This document shows, piece after piece, positions 9,223 to 19,117 of a stretch of DNA of 64,000 nt; the first letter of the stretch is position 1, and the number at the start of each line of letters is the position of its first letter. The notes beneath the pieces were generated by a model. It made no database searches. It was not told the origin of the DNA and saw only the letters and a program-made list of their open reading frames with translations. The position numbers and the translations under genes are program-made. Source of the DNA: a virus. The stretch lies in UHGV virus genome UHGV-1350217. One strand, written 5' to 3'.

Positions 9223-9727
9223 ATTTACTATTATCTCCCTCTATAGAGTAATTAACTACAAATGAAGTGAGATATATCTCAAATCGTCTCTTGAAAGCTT
9301 TAATAATACCTCTAGGAACAGAATTAGGAGTATTGAAGCTAATAATGGCATTATTATCCTCTCTAGTAATCTTAACATTACTAGCATTTAATTTACAACC
9401 CCAATTAGCTTCTCTCCAAGGTCTCCAAGTAGGATAACCATAAAGTTCTATATTTCTTAAGACTTTATCTCTATATTCTAAGAAGTTCTCTAAAGATAAG
9501 CCTCTTACTTGTAATATATCAGCCATCTCTTTTTCATCTCTATTCTCTCTATATTCTATAGCTTTCTGAGTCAAATCACCACTTAGAATATCTAGGCTAT
9601 CAGGCATAGGAATGAGTTTATTAAAATCAAAGTTTGAATCACAAGATTTAATAGAATCTAAGATAGTATCAAGATTATTAGAGCTTTTAGCAGTAACTAT
9701 TAATGTATTTGATACTTCTACTGACAT
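9203..9727 (-). CDS. hypothetical protein
   Basis: ORF. Confidence 0.45.
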   Translation of the reverse strand: MSVEVSNTLIVTAKSSNNLDTILDSIKSCDSNFDFNKLIPMPDSLDILSGDLTQKAIEYRENRDEKEMADILQVRGLSLENFLEYRDKVLRNIELYGYPTWRPWREANWGCKLNASNVKITREDNNAIISFNTPNSVPRGIIKAFKRRFEIYLTSFVVNYSIEGDNSKYEFTDY

Positions 9728-10041
9728 TAATATCCCCTATTATAGTTATAGAACTGTTGATTTCTCATCTGCTGTTCTTGAAGCATTCTTTGATACTCCA
9801 TTTGCTGTCTTTGCAATTCCATCTGCTGTTGCATTTGCTGTTGTTGTCTTTGCATATCAGCTTGCATTCTAAGTTGGTCTGCTTGATTTTGTAGTTGTTG
9901 ATATGTCATATTATGCTTGTTATGTAAGTTTTGCCAAAACATCTGACTTTCTAACTCTTTCTGTTGGCAAGCATAATCACTACTAGCACAAGAAGCAAAT
10001 AGACTACTAGCTACTAAAGCTATTAAGATTAATCCTTTCAT
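9727..10041 (-). CDS. glutamine-rich secreted lipoprotein
   Basis: Signal peptide MKGLILIALVASSLFASC with a lipobox-like SC motif, followed by a Q/M-rich low-complexity repeat. Confidence 0.45.
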   Translation of the reverse strand: MKGLILIALVASSLFASCASSDYACQQKELESQMFWQNLHNKHNMTYQQLQNQADQLRMQADMQRQQQQMQQQMELQRQQMEYQRMLQEQQMRNQQFYNYNRGY

Positions 10042-10043
10042 TT

Positions 10044-10433
10044 TTATCTCCTTTTATTACATTTAATACCAGCTTTTCTAAGCAACTTAACTCCATCTTT
10101 ATCTAGATTGAGTAACTCTTTATACCATACTTCTTTTACTGTTCCAGATTGAATAATTGCACTAGCACAATTAACACAAGGAGCATAAGAGCAATAAAGT
10201 ATAATCTCATCACTACCTCTATAATTAATCAAGCAATTAACTTCTGCGTGAATTACTGTAGGTAGAGTCCTTTTATTCTCATCTCTAGTAGGCATATTTA
10301 ATGCACTATCATTAAATCCTACAGATACTAGTTTATTATTACTAACCGCTATACAAGCTACAGGTCTAGTATCTCTACTATATTCCTCAGCATTTTTAAC
10401 TAATTGCCATATAAATGAACTAATATTCATCAT
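10044..10433 (-). CDS. dCMP deaminase (CMP/dCMP deaminase zinc-binding family)
   Basis: VIHAEVNCL (the HAE motif) and SYAPCVNCA (the PCxxC motif). Confidence 0.75.
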   Translation of the reverse strand: MMNISSFIWQLVKNAEEYSRDTRPVACIAVSNNKLVSVGFNDSALNMPTRDENKRTLPTVIHAEVNCLINYRGSDEIILYCSYAPCVNCASAIIQSGTVKEVWYKELLNLDKDGVKLLRKAGIKCNKRR

Positions 10434-10990
10434 AACTCCTTTGGGAAAGATTCCATAGCTTTACGATAAGGGTCAGTAACACTAGCTAGTAATCTATTAG
10501 CTGTAGATAACCAACCGATAGAGAAATAAATACCATCTATAGTTCCGCTAGTTATAGAAGCTGCTAAATGTGTTTCTATACGTACATCAAACAGATATTC
10601 TCGCCTATCTAGTTTATCGTCATATAAAGGATAGGACAAGCAATACCCGAATAAGTGCTGTTCTATCTTAGAATACAATTCTTTAAGCAATAAAGCTTTA
10701 GAGACGCTATAAGCACTCTTAGTAAGCATATCTAAATCAATATAATCAGAATAATCTGGTGGATATAATTCAGGTAATCTAATAGTTCTATCAGGATTAC
10801 AGATAACATCATAGACATAACCTTTAAATAACTTCATACGTCTAGGAGTCATCTTTGCTTGTATTTCATCTGGTATTTTACTTTCAATGGAGCTTCCATT
10901 TATACATACACTTAAAGTATCTTTTGATAGTTCTACCAAACAATCTGAAGTAACTAATAATAATCTATTATCGGTTCTAAACTTTAACAT
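10430..10990 (-). CDS. hypothetical protein
   Basis: ORF. Confidence 0.45.
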   Translation of the reverse strand: MLKFRTDNRLLLVTSDCLVELSKDTLSVCINGSSIESKIPDEIQAKMTPRRMKLFKGYVYDVICNPDRTIRLPELYPPDYSDYIDLDMLTKSAYSVSKALLLKELYSKIEQHLFGYCLSYPLYDDKLDRREYLFDVRIETHLAASITSGTIDGIYFSIGWLSTANRLLASVTDPYRKAMESFPKEL

Positions 10991-11000
10991 CTATATACTC

Positions 11001-11606
11001 CTAGTAACCATATTTTGCATTTTCTTTAATCTTTTCAGCTTGACTAATAACATAGTCTAACAGCTTAGTATCCTCTAGTCCTGACATATCATATATAGAT
11101 TTATCTATACAGTAAACTAGCTTTAGACCTTTATAATCTACATCTCCTATGAATACTGTATTCTCTTTGTAATAGTCTACAGAGACATCTGTTATAACAG
11201 AGCAAAGGATAATATTATCCTTAAATATCTGCTTAAAACCTCCATATTTATAGCTATTAGCAAAGCAGCCATAAGAAGTAAATAAATCTATACAAGCTTG
11301 TTTTAGAAGCTCTAAGAACTTTTCTGATAGTAACCTATTTATAACAGCAGTAGGATTCATAGCTATATAGTCTAAATCTAATATTCCCTTATCTGTAGAG
11401 TTTTTATAGATAAATTGCTGTTGAACATACTTATTAAGCATACTTTCAAATGGCTGATATATCTTATCTAGAGGTTTAGTAAATGCTAATTCTATTAGAG
11501 AATTGTCTAGTAAAGCAATACTTACAGCTACATCAGATGCTTTAACACTTCTTATACACTTATACTTGATATAAATATCATTAATTTTGACAAACTTACA
11601 TTTCAT
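11001..11606 (-). CDS. hypothetical protein
   Basis: ORF. Confidence 0.45.
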   Translation of the reverse strand: MKCKFVKINDIYIKYKCIRSVKASDVAVSIALLDNSLIELAFTKPLDKIYQPFESMLNKYVQQQFIYKNSTDKGILDLDYIAMNPTAVINRLLSEKFLELLKQACIDLFTSYGCFANSYKYGGFKQIFKDNIILCSVITDVSVDYYKENTVFIGDVDYKGLKLVYCIDKSIYDMSGLEDTKLLDYVISQAEKIKENAKYGY

Positions 11607-12147
11607 TTCTACATTCCTTATAATTTGCTTTATACCAGTTAGCTACTGCTTCTGGTGATTTATCTTTAACCCATTTCTTTCTAGACTCATCCCATTTACC
11701 TACTCTAGAGTTAATTTCTTTAATAGTCTCAATCATACATTTAAACCAGTTAAATCCTAGATAATAGATATTAGAGAAAAGATATTCAATGAAGTTTACT
11801 AATAGTTCATTAGATATATCAGGATGTTTCTTTAAATCCTCACTTAGACCTAAAATAGTAACTTCTAGAGCTGTAGCATTTCCTAAATACTCTCTAGATT
11901 GATTTGCTATGTTTATAGCTATTTCATAATCATCGTCTAGAACATTAAAAGCAAAGACTGCCATATCACAATAAGCATCTATTTTTTCATAGTCATCTTT
12001 AGCTTCTTTAAGTTCATTGACTTCCTCTAATAGATTATTTATTAGACCACTAAATTGATTTTCTCTAGTTAGATGTCTCTCTTTTCTCCATTCTTTTAGA
12101 GCTTTGCGAACAACTGCTATTGATACTAATTCATTTTTATGTGCCAC
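11596..12147 (-). CDS. possible MazG-like nucleotide pyrophosphohydrolase
   Basis: The cluster LLEEVNELKEAKDDYEKIDAYCDMAVFAF resembles the EExxE...D metal-binding pattern. Weak. Confidence 0.3.
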   Translation of the reverse strand: MAHKNELVSIAVVRKALKEWRKERHLTRENQFSGLINNLLEEVNELKEAKDDYEKIDAYCDMAVFAFNVLDDDYEIAINIANQSREYLGNATALEVTILGLSEDLKKHPDISNELLVNFIEYLFSNIYYLGFNWFKCMIETIKEINSRVGKWDESRKKWVKDKSPEAVANWYKANYKECRNEM

Positions 12148-12490
12148 TAGTCTTTACTCCTTTCTTTAATCCTCTAGGTCTTTTAGTCTTAGTAAGTTTC
12201 TCTACTCTAAGGTCAAACTTTACTCTGTCAAATCTATAGCGATAGAATGAAGTTAAGATTCTTACGAAGTTTCTTATTAAAGTTCCTCGTCTAGTAGGAG
12301 ATACTTTATTTCTGACTCTTAAAGCTAGCATAGACTCCTCTATCTGTTCTCTAGTAAACCCTGTCTTATAGCATTTCTCATATTTCAATAAATACCATTC
12401 CATAGTGTTACTACACATAAAGGAATGCAATGCTCTAGTAGGATTAGCATCTGAATAGAAACTAGCTTTAATTTCTTTCATATGACCCAT
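12137..12490 (-). CDS. hypothetical protein (basic C-terminus)
   Basis: ORF. Confidence 0.4.
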   Translation of the reverse strand: MGHMKEIKASFYSDANPTRALHSFMCSNTMEWYLLKYEKCYKTGFTREQIEESMLALRVRNKVSPTRRGTLIRNFVRILTSFYRYRFDRVKFDLRVEKLTKTKRPRGLKKGVKTSGT

Positions 12491-12491
12491 A

Positions 12492-12872
12492 CTATAACCC
12501 TTCCGTTAGATATTTCATATTGCAATAACCTAATTTATCTAGCCATATTAGACAATAGCTAATAAACTCCTCTAAGAGTTCATCACTAGCCTCTAGCTTT
12601 AAATCAGGAGAATATCCAGCCATTTTCATAATATAGCTGTTTATTCTATAGCAGCATCTGATATTATTCATATGCCTATAGATTTTAAGCTCTTTATTTA
12701 CTGATACATATTGGATAACAGACTGAAGCATACCTTTTAAAGCTTCAGAAGTACATTCTGGCTTTTCTAACATATAAGCTAAGGTCTGAAGTAAATAAGC
12801 TATTAGATTATGTTCTAATGGATAATCTTTTAGTTTAAGTCTTAACTCTACTAATTCATTCTCTGTAATCAT
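12492..12872 (-). CDS. hypothetical protein
   Basis: ORF. Confidence 0.4.
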   Translation of the reverse strand: MITENELVELRLKLKDYPLEHNLIAYLLQTLAYMLEKPECTSEALKGMLQSVIQYVSVNKELKIYRHMNNIRCCYRINSYIMKMAGYSPDLKLEASDELLEEFISYCLIWLDKLGYCNMKYLTEGL

Positions 12873-12873
12873 C

Positions 12874-13359
12874 TCACACCTTTAAATTAACATCTCTAGC
12901 ATATGTAAGAATAGCTAGACTATCACTTATACCATCTAGTAAAGCACCTCTTTCAGAATAGAAATTAACATAGGGATACTTCTCTTGCATTTTCTCGCAT
13001 ATCTTAGCTTTACGTATCTTTCTATCTTTCTCATTAATCTCAAAGTGTTTTTGCCATAATCTAGGGTTTACAAAAGCAAAAGGAATACAATTAGCCATTA
13101 GCATTCCTTGAATTATGCCAAAGTTAGTACCAAAAGAAAATACACTCTTTACACCTTGTCTAGGCATAGAGTGAACATTTTCTATATAGGCTTTAACTAT
13201 TAAGTCTGGAGATTCTGATAAGTCATAGAGTATTTTAGCATAAGTGTCTGTATTGTAAGCATAAGCTTGAGCAGGTTTATCATCAATCTGCATAGCCATA
13301 GCACCTTTAAACCCTGGGTCAAAAGCTAAGTAAGCTCTTGACTTTTTATGTTCTACCAT
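12874..13359 (-). CDS. RuvC-like Holliday junction resolvase
   Basis: N-terminal AFDPGFKGAMA and C-terminal DGISDSLAI resemble the RuvC/YqgF catalytic motifs. Confidence 0.45.
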   Translation of the reverse strand: MVEHKKSRAYLAFDPGFKGAMAMQIDDKPAQAYAYNTDTYAKILYDLSESPDLIVKAYIENVHSMPRQGVKSVFSFGTNFGIIQGMLMANCIPFAFVNPRLWQKHFEINEKDRKIRKAKICEKMQEKYPYVNFYSERGALLDGISDSLAILTYARDVNLKV

Positions 13360-13407
13360 TTTAACTCCTCATATTGAAATTAAAACAGCTTTATAACAGA
13401 AATTAAC

Positions 13408-13644
13408 TTAATGTTTTATATCGCTACATTGTGAGCAATCTTGACAAGCTATTAAGTCTTTTAATAATCTAACAGCTTCCTCTGCTGAATTAATAGGGAA
13501 AGTCAAGACTTCTGTATTATGACAAGTAGTACATTCAGCTACTACTAGTAATACAGCAGTATGAGTAGAACGCTTCTCTACATACTTCTCATATACAGGT
13601 AAGTCTAGACTATCTCTCATAGTAGTCATAGATAATATTTTCAT
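13408..13644 (-). CDS. small zinc-ribbon protein
   Basis: CTTCHNT...CQDCSQC gives a Cys4-type arrangement. Confidence 0.4.
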   Translation of the reverse strand: MKILSMTTMRDSLDLPVYEKYVEKRSTHTAVLLVVAECTTCHNTEVLTFPINSAEEAVRLLKDLIACQDCSQCSDIKH

Positions 13645-13982
13645 TGCTTTATCACCATAATTTTACATCCGTCTAGATGAATATAGTAATGTGTAGATTC
13701 CTCTGTTATATAAAAACAGCTGCTAGTACACCATAAATCATCGTAGTTAAACGTTAAAGCCTTAGAGGTATCTTTATATACTCTAAGGCTTCTCGTCTCT
13801 CCTAAGCTATCCCAAGAGCATACAAGATACTTTTTAGACCTAGATAATTTCTCTAGTCTAACTTTTACTCTAGGGATAGCTTTTAACTTTTTACCTATAT
13901 ACTCTAATGTCATAGATTCATTACCACTATATAAGCTGCAAAGAATGCTATTAACACTAAAATTACTTGAGTTACTTCCCAT
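13641..13982 (-). CDS. hypothetical protein
   Basis: ORF. Confidence 0.4.
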   Translation of the reverse strand: MGSNSSNFSVNSILCSLYSGNESMTLEYIGKKLKAIPRVKVRLEKLSRSKKYLVCSWDSLGETRSLRVYKDTSKALTFNYDDLWCTSSCFYITEESTHYYIHLDGCKIMVIKQ

Positions 13983-13986
13983 TTAG

Positions 13987-14343
13987 TCATATTATAAATC
14001 CTGGAACTGAAACTATATTGCCATTAGTATCTTTAATGGCTTTAGAAGTAAAAGGACATAAAGTCTTAACTTTTAATTTATTAGCCTTACAATACTGCTG
14101 TACTATACTAGATACTATATAGTAAGCATTATCTTTAGTATTTATAGGCAAACCTTCTAACTCTCCAAACTCTTGAATAAACAGTCCTTGACCTATCTCT
14201 CTAATAGTAGATTTAACTCTAGCTACTTTACCACTAGGTTTAAATGTCCATCTATAACCTACTCGATTATTTTTACCAGGTACATCTACTACTACAGGAT
14301 GAGGTGTTAGATTAACTATCTTAAATGCTGCTAAGCTTTGCAT
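13987..14343 (-). CDS. hypothetical protein
   Basis: ORF. Confidence 0.4.
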   Translation of the reverse strand: MQSLAAFKIVNLTPHPVVVDVPGKNNRVGYRWTFKPSGKVARVKSTIREIGQGLFIQEFGELEGLPINTKDNAYYIVSSIVQQYCKANKLKVKTLCPFTSKAIKDTNGNIVSVPGFII

Positions 14344-14918
14344 TCAATTTCCTTATAGATAGCATCTTGTTTTATAAACTCCTCATCTAGTTTACCTAAT
14401 AGTTCCATAGCTTTAGAAGTAGAATAGATATCAGGGTCATAAGTAACTGTATATTTTATATTTTGATGTAATACAGCTTCTATATATTCCATATGTTTTT
14501 CATTAACTCCGTGCATATCATCATAAGGAGTATACATATCTACATTAATAAAAGTCTGCATTCCATAAGGATTAAACTCTATAGATACTCTAGAATACTT
14601 ATTAAATAAAGTATTCTGTAGAGTAGCTATATAGTAACAGATATTCTTAAGATACTGCTTAATCACACATTCCAAGATGGCTATTCTCTGCTTACCTAGC
14701 AGATTAAGTTGTATAGGATAAAGTACTTTAACATAATCATAAAGACATTGCTCTTTATTATTCTCAGCCTCTATCTCTCTAGTATTTAATGCTAGTTTTT
14801 TACAGATTAATCCATCATTATAATCTAACAGAATGTTACTTGTAGTAGATAATATCTTTAGATTAAACTGACCAAATAAGTCTTTTCTGAATAAACCAGT
14901 TCTTTCTCTTAAATACAT
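14331..14918 (-). CDS. hypothetical protein
   Basis: ORF; possibly distantly related to the two paralogs upstream. Confidence 0.4.
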   Translation of the reverse strand: MYLRERTGLFRKDLFGQFNLKILSTTSNILLDYNDGLICKKLALNTREIEAENNKEQCLYDYVKVLYPIQLNLLGKQRIAILECVIKQYLKNICYYIATLQNTLFNKYSRVSIEFNPYGMQTFINVDMYTPYDDMHGVNEKHMEYIEAVLHQNIKYTVTYDPDIYSTSKAMELLGKLDEEFIKQDAIYKEIECKA

Positions 14919-15439
14919 TAATCCTCCTTTACAACTTCACTTAATTTAGACAATACCTCTATGATAGTCTTTATAGGATTTTCCATATCTCTATGATAGA
15001 AAGTATAATCAAACATACTCTGTGTAATATTAATAGTAGAAATACTAATAGTATTCCATTTCTCTTTATGTTCAATGAGTATTTTAACTTTCATATCATC
15101 AAAATCACACTTTAAATTAATATAGTATTTATAATCTAAGGCTTTACTTATCTGCTCTCGCAGATTTAAGAGAAACTTCTTAAGAGTTAAAAGGAACTCT
15201 TGAATTAAATCGCAGATATCACTAAATTGCTTATCAGGATATATAAATAATACTTTATTAAAAAAATCAGCAGTGAATGCCTTATCGTCTGGATGTTTAT
15301 AATTGTAGACTCCTATTTTCCCATATAATCTATTATCATCAACAATAGTATATACAAAAGAAGCAGTTTTTAAACCCAAATCTCGATTTAATTTACGTAA
15401 TTCAGTATTATACTTATGAAATAGTTCTCGTAAATCCAT
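14918..15439 (-). CDS. hypothetical protein, tandem paralog 1
   Basis: Shares F(F/Y)xxVLF(I/G)YP(D/H)K and downstream leucine-rich segments with 15450..16001. Confidence 0.45.
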   Translation of the reverse strand: MDLRELFHKYNTELRKLNRDLGLKTASFVYTIVDDNRLYGKIGVYNYKHPDDKAFTADFFNKVLFIYPDKQFSDICDLIQEFLLTLKKFLLNLREQISKALDYKYYINLKCDFDDMKVKILIEHKEKWNTISISTINITQSMFDYTFYHRDMENPIKTIIEVLSKLSEVVKED

Positions 15440-15449
15440 ATATAATCCT

Positions 15450-16001
15450 TTAACTCTTAATTACTCTATCTACTACAGGTTTAATATTAGATAATAGTAA
15501 TATTATGATACTTTCAGTATTTACATTGCTATCACAATTAATTATATAATCTACACCACTATTAGTATTTATTCTAATAGTATTACCTAAATCTTTAACA
15601 CTCTCATCAGTTAGGTTTATAAAAACTGATTGAGTATCAAAAGAGTAATATACTCTAGGTATATAAGATGTCTCTCTTAATACTGAACTTAATTCTTGAC
15701 GTAGATAAGTTAACTCATCTTTTACATTTTCTAGATACTTACTAACTATATTAGATAGCTCATTAAACTTATCTGTTTTATGAGGATATCCAAATAATAC
15801 ATTATCATAGAAATTATTCACTGTATCTGTACCATTTGCTAATAATGGCTTAAATAAAAATAACATACCTCTTACAGCTTCTAACTTATCATCTAAAGCT
15901 AAATAAGATACAGTATTATCTACTCTCAATTTATCTAGTTTATAGATATCCTCTTTAAACTTCTCTGTTAATTGTATTATATTCATTAATGTGTCTCCCA
16001 T
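15450..16001 (-). CDS. hypothetical protein, tandem paralog 2
   Basis: See 14918..15439. Confidence 0.45.
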   Translation of the reverse strand: MGDTLMNIIQLTEKFKEDIYKLDKLRVDNTVSYLALDDKLEAVRGMLFLFKPLLANGTDTVNNFYDNVLFGYPHKTDKFNELSNIVSKYLENVKDELTYLRQELSSVLRETSYIPRVYYSFDTQSVFINLTDESVKDLGNTIRINTNSGVDYIINCDSNVNTESIIILLLSNIKPVVDRVIKS

Positions 16002-17038
16002 TGATTTTTACCAAACTTAGGTTCTCCGTGAACAGGGTATTTTAGACCTAATTCATAGCTAGTATCTATAAAACTCTGTTCTAATATTGAACCAAACTCC
16101 TCTTTAATTTCAGGTCTAATCTCGAAACTAATAGCATCGTGAACATTTAATATATAAGCAAAGTCTTTATCATACTTATACTTACTTCTTAAGATATTGT
16201 CTATATGAACTAATAAATACTTCATATAAATAGCTCCAGCAGATTGTAATAGTAGATTTAAAGCACTATGAGGACTTCTACAATAAAGCTTCCTACTATC
16301 TAAACCATAGAGATTATCTGCCATAGCTTTAGCGGTAGAATCCTCTACTAGGTCATTATAACCTTTAGTACCACTTTTAAATCTACTAGTAAGTTTAGTA
16401 GCATAGATAGTAGCTTTAATTAATTCGTCATCTACTGGAGCATATTGAGTTTTATTAACTGGATAGTAAAGCTTTCCATTAATCTCTTTACTTCTAGAGG
16501 ATATACTATCAGATGCTATAGCATATTCATCACTAGTATAATCAAACTCTTGACCTTTATAAAGCATATGACCTAGCTTAGTCATACCTGCACCATATAA
16601 AGTGGCATAAATAAAGATTTTAGCAGCATCTCTAGTATCTAATCCAGCTATTCTTTGATTTACAGTATGAACGTCAGTACCCTTAGACTTATCTCCGTGT
16701 TCTACAACTTTAGCATAGTAATAATTGTCGTATTTACTGAGATAATGACCTAACATCACTAACTCTAAAGCCGAAGCATCTACATCCACAAAAACTCTAC
16801 CTTCAGGAACACATATTAATTCTCTCATAAACTGGTCTTTACTAAGTTGTGTCATATTAGGGGAATTGTGTGTCATCCTTCCAGTATTCGCTCCGAGACT
16901 ATCTACTTTACCGTGTATTCTATGAGTATTGGGATTATAACAATTCATAAAACTACCAGCTCCAGTACATAGCATACTAAGGTCTTTATTAGTCTTTAGA
17001 TAGTCTTTTAATAAACTCTTAGCTTCGTTTAATTCCAT
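15986..17038 (-). CDS. DNA polymerase I (family A), C-terminal polymerase piece with palm and fingers
   Basis: Motif A DVDASALELVML, motif B RDAAKIFIYATLYGAG, motif C NVHDAISFE. TGRMTHNSPNMTQL matches the TGRLSSxDPNLQNIP region. Has its own AGGAG and ATG. Confidence 0.8.
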   Translation of the reverse strand: MELNEAKSLLKDYLKTNKDLSMLCTGAGSFMNCYNPNTHRIHGKVDSLGANTGRMTHNSPNMTQLSKDQFMRELICVPEGRVFVDVDASALELVMLGHYLSKYDNYYYAKVVEHGDKSKGTDVHTVNQRIAGLDTRDAAKIFIYATLYGAGMTKLGHMLYKGQEFDYTSDEYAIASDSISSRSKEINGKLYYPVNKTQYAPVDDELIKATIYATKLTSRFKSGTKGYNDLVEDSTAKAMADNLYGLDSRKLYCRSPHSALNLLLQSAGAIYMKYLLVHIDNILRSKYKYDKDFAYILNVHDAISFEIRPEIKEEFGSILEQSFIDTSYELGLKYPVHGEPKFGKNQWETH

Positions 17039-17261
17039 ACCATACTCCTAGTAGCAAGCATTGTCCTAGTAGAAATCCTAATAGATATATGATGTTTTTA
17101 AGCCAAATAACACGTTTCTCAAGCTCTTGAATATAAAGGTTAGTACTTATACTAGTACTAATATTATTATCGCTTAGAGTGCATTCTTTTGCATTTAAAA
17201 GGCTATATATCATTCGTTGTAAATCTACTTGTTCTTTCTGCATAGTTTCTATACTTAACAT
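17019..17261 (-). CDS. possible small membrane protein encoded in the insert that splits the DNA polymerase gene
   Basis: ATG at 17261 (minus strand) gives ~80 aa, MLSIETMQKEQVDLQRMIYSLLNAKECTLSDNNISTSISTNLYIQELEKRVIWLKNIIYLLGFLLGQCLLLGVWYGIKRS, ending in a hydrophobic helix. SD is poor and it overlaps the downstream polymerase start. Confidence 0.2.
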   Translation of the reverse strand: MLSIETMQKEQVDLQRMIYSLLNAKECTLSDNNISTSISTNLYIQELEKRVIWLKNIIYLLGFLLGQCLLLGVWYGIKRS

Positions 17262-17292
17262 CCTAGTTCTAATTAACGTCAAATCAGAGGAT

Positions 17293-18354
17293 TCATTCGC
17301 CATCAGACTCATCACTAGAGTCAAACTTACTATCAAGTGTCTCAGCATTTACGACTATATTTCCTTTCTCAGTAAATACTACTGGTTTCCAATTATAGAC
17401 TCTCATTAATCTATCAGCTATTTGTTGTCTGCTAGACGGATTAAATACTTGAAGCTTTAACTTTTGATAAGTACAACCTTCAGTAGTGATAACATCTATA
17501 GTTCTAAAAGGTTTATCTCTTAGAATACCCTTATACTTTACAAATCTACCATTCTTGCCTATAGGGAGCTGATATTTAGGCGTAAAGATACCTAGAGGTT
17601 TAGTAGAGTCTAATATTAGCTTCTTAATACTAGACCTCTTAGGAATTATCACATCACCATCAGCTACTAGCATAGGAGGGAATTGCTTTCTAAGCTTTTG
17701 CTCTAAACCTATAGAGTGCATTTGTAATCTAGCTGATTCTTTTCTAGCTTTATCTATATCAAAATAACAACCATATTCCTGTTGGTCAAAGATAATAGAA
17801 GCTACTCTATATTCACACTCTCTGATAGACTTAGATGGGTATCTTTCTTTCTTGATTAACTCATTATAAAGCATATAAGTTACATCTACATCTCTTTTAC
17901 AATAAGTCATCATTTCTTGATTTAATCCATTAGCAAAATCGTCATAATCTAACTTAACTAAACCTAGTCTAAATCCAAAAGCTTTAATGCTATAACTACC
18001 ATATAAACTAGGAGGTATTACAGCTCTAGATTTATCAAACTCTGCTAATACGTCTTTAGGTAGAGTAAGCTTAGCATCTATTAGAGTATCTATTAGACTC
18101 TTATCTTTAATCTTACCTAATAGACGTTCTATAATAGGAATATCAAACTTACAGATATTATGACCTATAATTATATCAGCTGAATCTAGTATAGCCTTAG
18201 CTTCGTTTAATAAGCCATCTGAATTATTTACTTTTTCACAAGTATATATCTTAGTAGGATTACTATCTATCTTTAAGGCTATACACCATATATGCTCTAT
18301 ATTCTTTACTAAGTCCACTAATGGACTTGTTTCGATATCAAATACTACCTGCAT
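17293..18354 (-). CDS. DNA polymerase I (family A), N-terminal piece with 3'-5' exonuclease and the start of the polymerase domain
   Basis: Exo I motif VVFDIETS, Exo II motif GHNICKFDIPII. C-terminal ...SRQQIADRL...EKGN...NAETL matches the Pol I thumb entry. Ends in an acidic tail followed by TGA. Confidence 0.8.
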   Translation of the reverse strand: MQVVFDIETSPLVDLVKNIEHIWCIALKIDSNPTKIYTCEKVNNSDGLLNEAKAILDSADIIIGHNICKFDIPIIERLLGKIKDKSLIDTLIDAKLTLPKDVLAEFDKSRAVIPPSLYGSYSIKAFGFRLGLVKLDYDDFANGLNQEMMTYCKRDVDVTYMLYNELIKKERYPSKSIRECEYRVASIIFDQQEYGCYFDIDKARKESARLQMHSIGLEQKLRKQFPPMLVADGDVIIPKRSSIKKLILDSTKPLGIFTPKYQLPIGKNGRFVKYKGILRDKPFRTIDVITTEGCTYQKLKLQVFNPSSRQQIADRLMRVYNWKPVVFTEKGNIVVNAETLDSKFDSSDESDGE

Positions 18355-18781
18355 AGTTATGAGTTCTATAAGGTCTAATATAAATCACAAAGTTCTTTTC
18401 TGTAGCTCTATAGCAATTTATAATCTGACATTTATATTTATACTTAGCTAATTCCTCAGCAAATATATTTCTGATTAGCTTAGTAGTATAAGTACTATCA
18501 CTAACTATAACATCAAATCTAATAGACCCCAGTTTCTTTTTACTTTGAGAATAATGCCTAGTAAAGATTTCGATAATACTAGAATTACGTTCTAGTATAT
18601 CTCTGCATAATATATTCCATTCTGGCATTTCTACGCTCTTATTTATAATCGTATCTATATAAGTCTGTAAATCTATTCTTGTATCTTTCTCTATACTCTT
18701 ACTAGGTTTAAACCATAGAAATACGATAGCTACAGAACAGATTATAATCAATACAGCAGGTATTATTACAAAATCACTCAT
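18338..18781 (-). CDS. membrane-anchored hypothetical protein
   Basis: N-terminal TM helix IIPAVLIIICSVAIVFLWF. Confidence 0.4.
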   Translation of the reverse strand: MSDFVIIPAVLIIICSVAIVFLWFKPSKSIEKDTRIDLQTYIDTIINKSVEMPEWNILCRDILERNSSIIEIFTRHYSQSKKKLGSIRFDVIVSDSTYTTKLIRNIFAEELAKYKYKCQIINCYRATEKNFVIYIRPYRTHNYAGSI

Positions 18782-18931
18782 TTTCTAATCTCCTTTTCGA
18801 TAATCGAACAATTACAGTCTTTCATATTTTCTAAGATACTTAGTCTCTTGTACTCTATTACAGTATTAGATATTAAACCTGCAATACCTATAACTAAAAT
18901 TGTAACTGCAAAATAGAAGTCTATATTACCT

Positions 18932-19117
18932 TTAATCATCTTTACTATCCTTTTTGATTGAGCAATTACATTCAGTTAATGTATCTAGAGTTTTCTCTAA
19001 TACTTTAACTTTTTGATTATTTATTACAAGTATTGCAATTACTCCAGCTATAGTTAGTATGAGTAGTGCTCCTAATGTAGAAAAAAGTGCTAGTAAAGCA
19101 TTATCCATTTCTTTCAT
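18932..19117 (-). CDS. small single-pass membrane protein
   Basis: LLALFSTLGALLILTIAGVIAILVI. Confidence 0.35.
   Translation of the reverse strand: MKEMDNALLALFSTLGALLILTIAGVIAILVINNQKVKVLEKTLDTLTECNCSIKKDSKDD

Noticed and set aside
17039-17292. Group I intron interrupting the DNA polymerase gene.
   Set aside because: The upstream piece ends in a natural-looking acidic tail plus TGA, and the downstream piece has its own AGGAG-ATG, so a genuinely split gene seems more likely. I could not fold P1-P9 by eye, so this remains unresolved and is kept as a finding.
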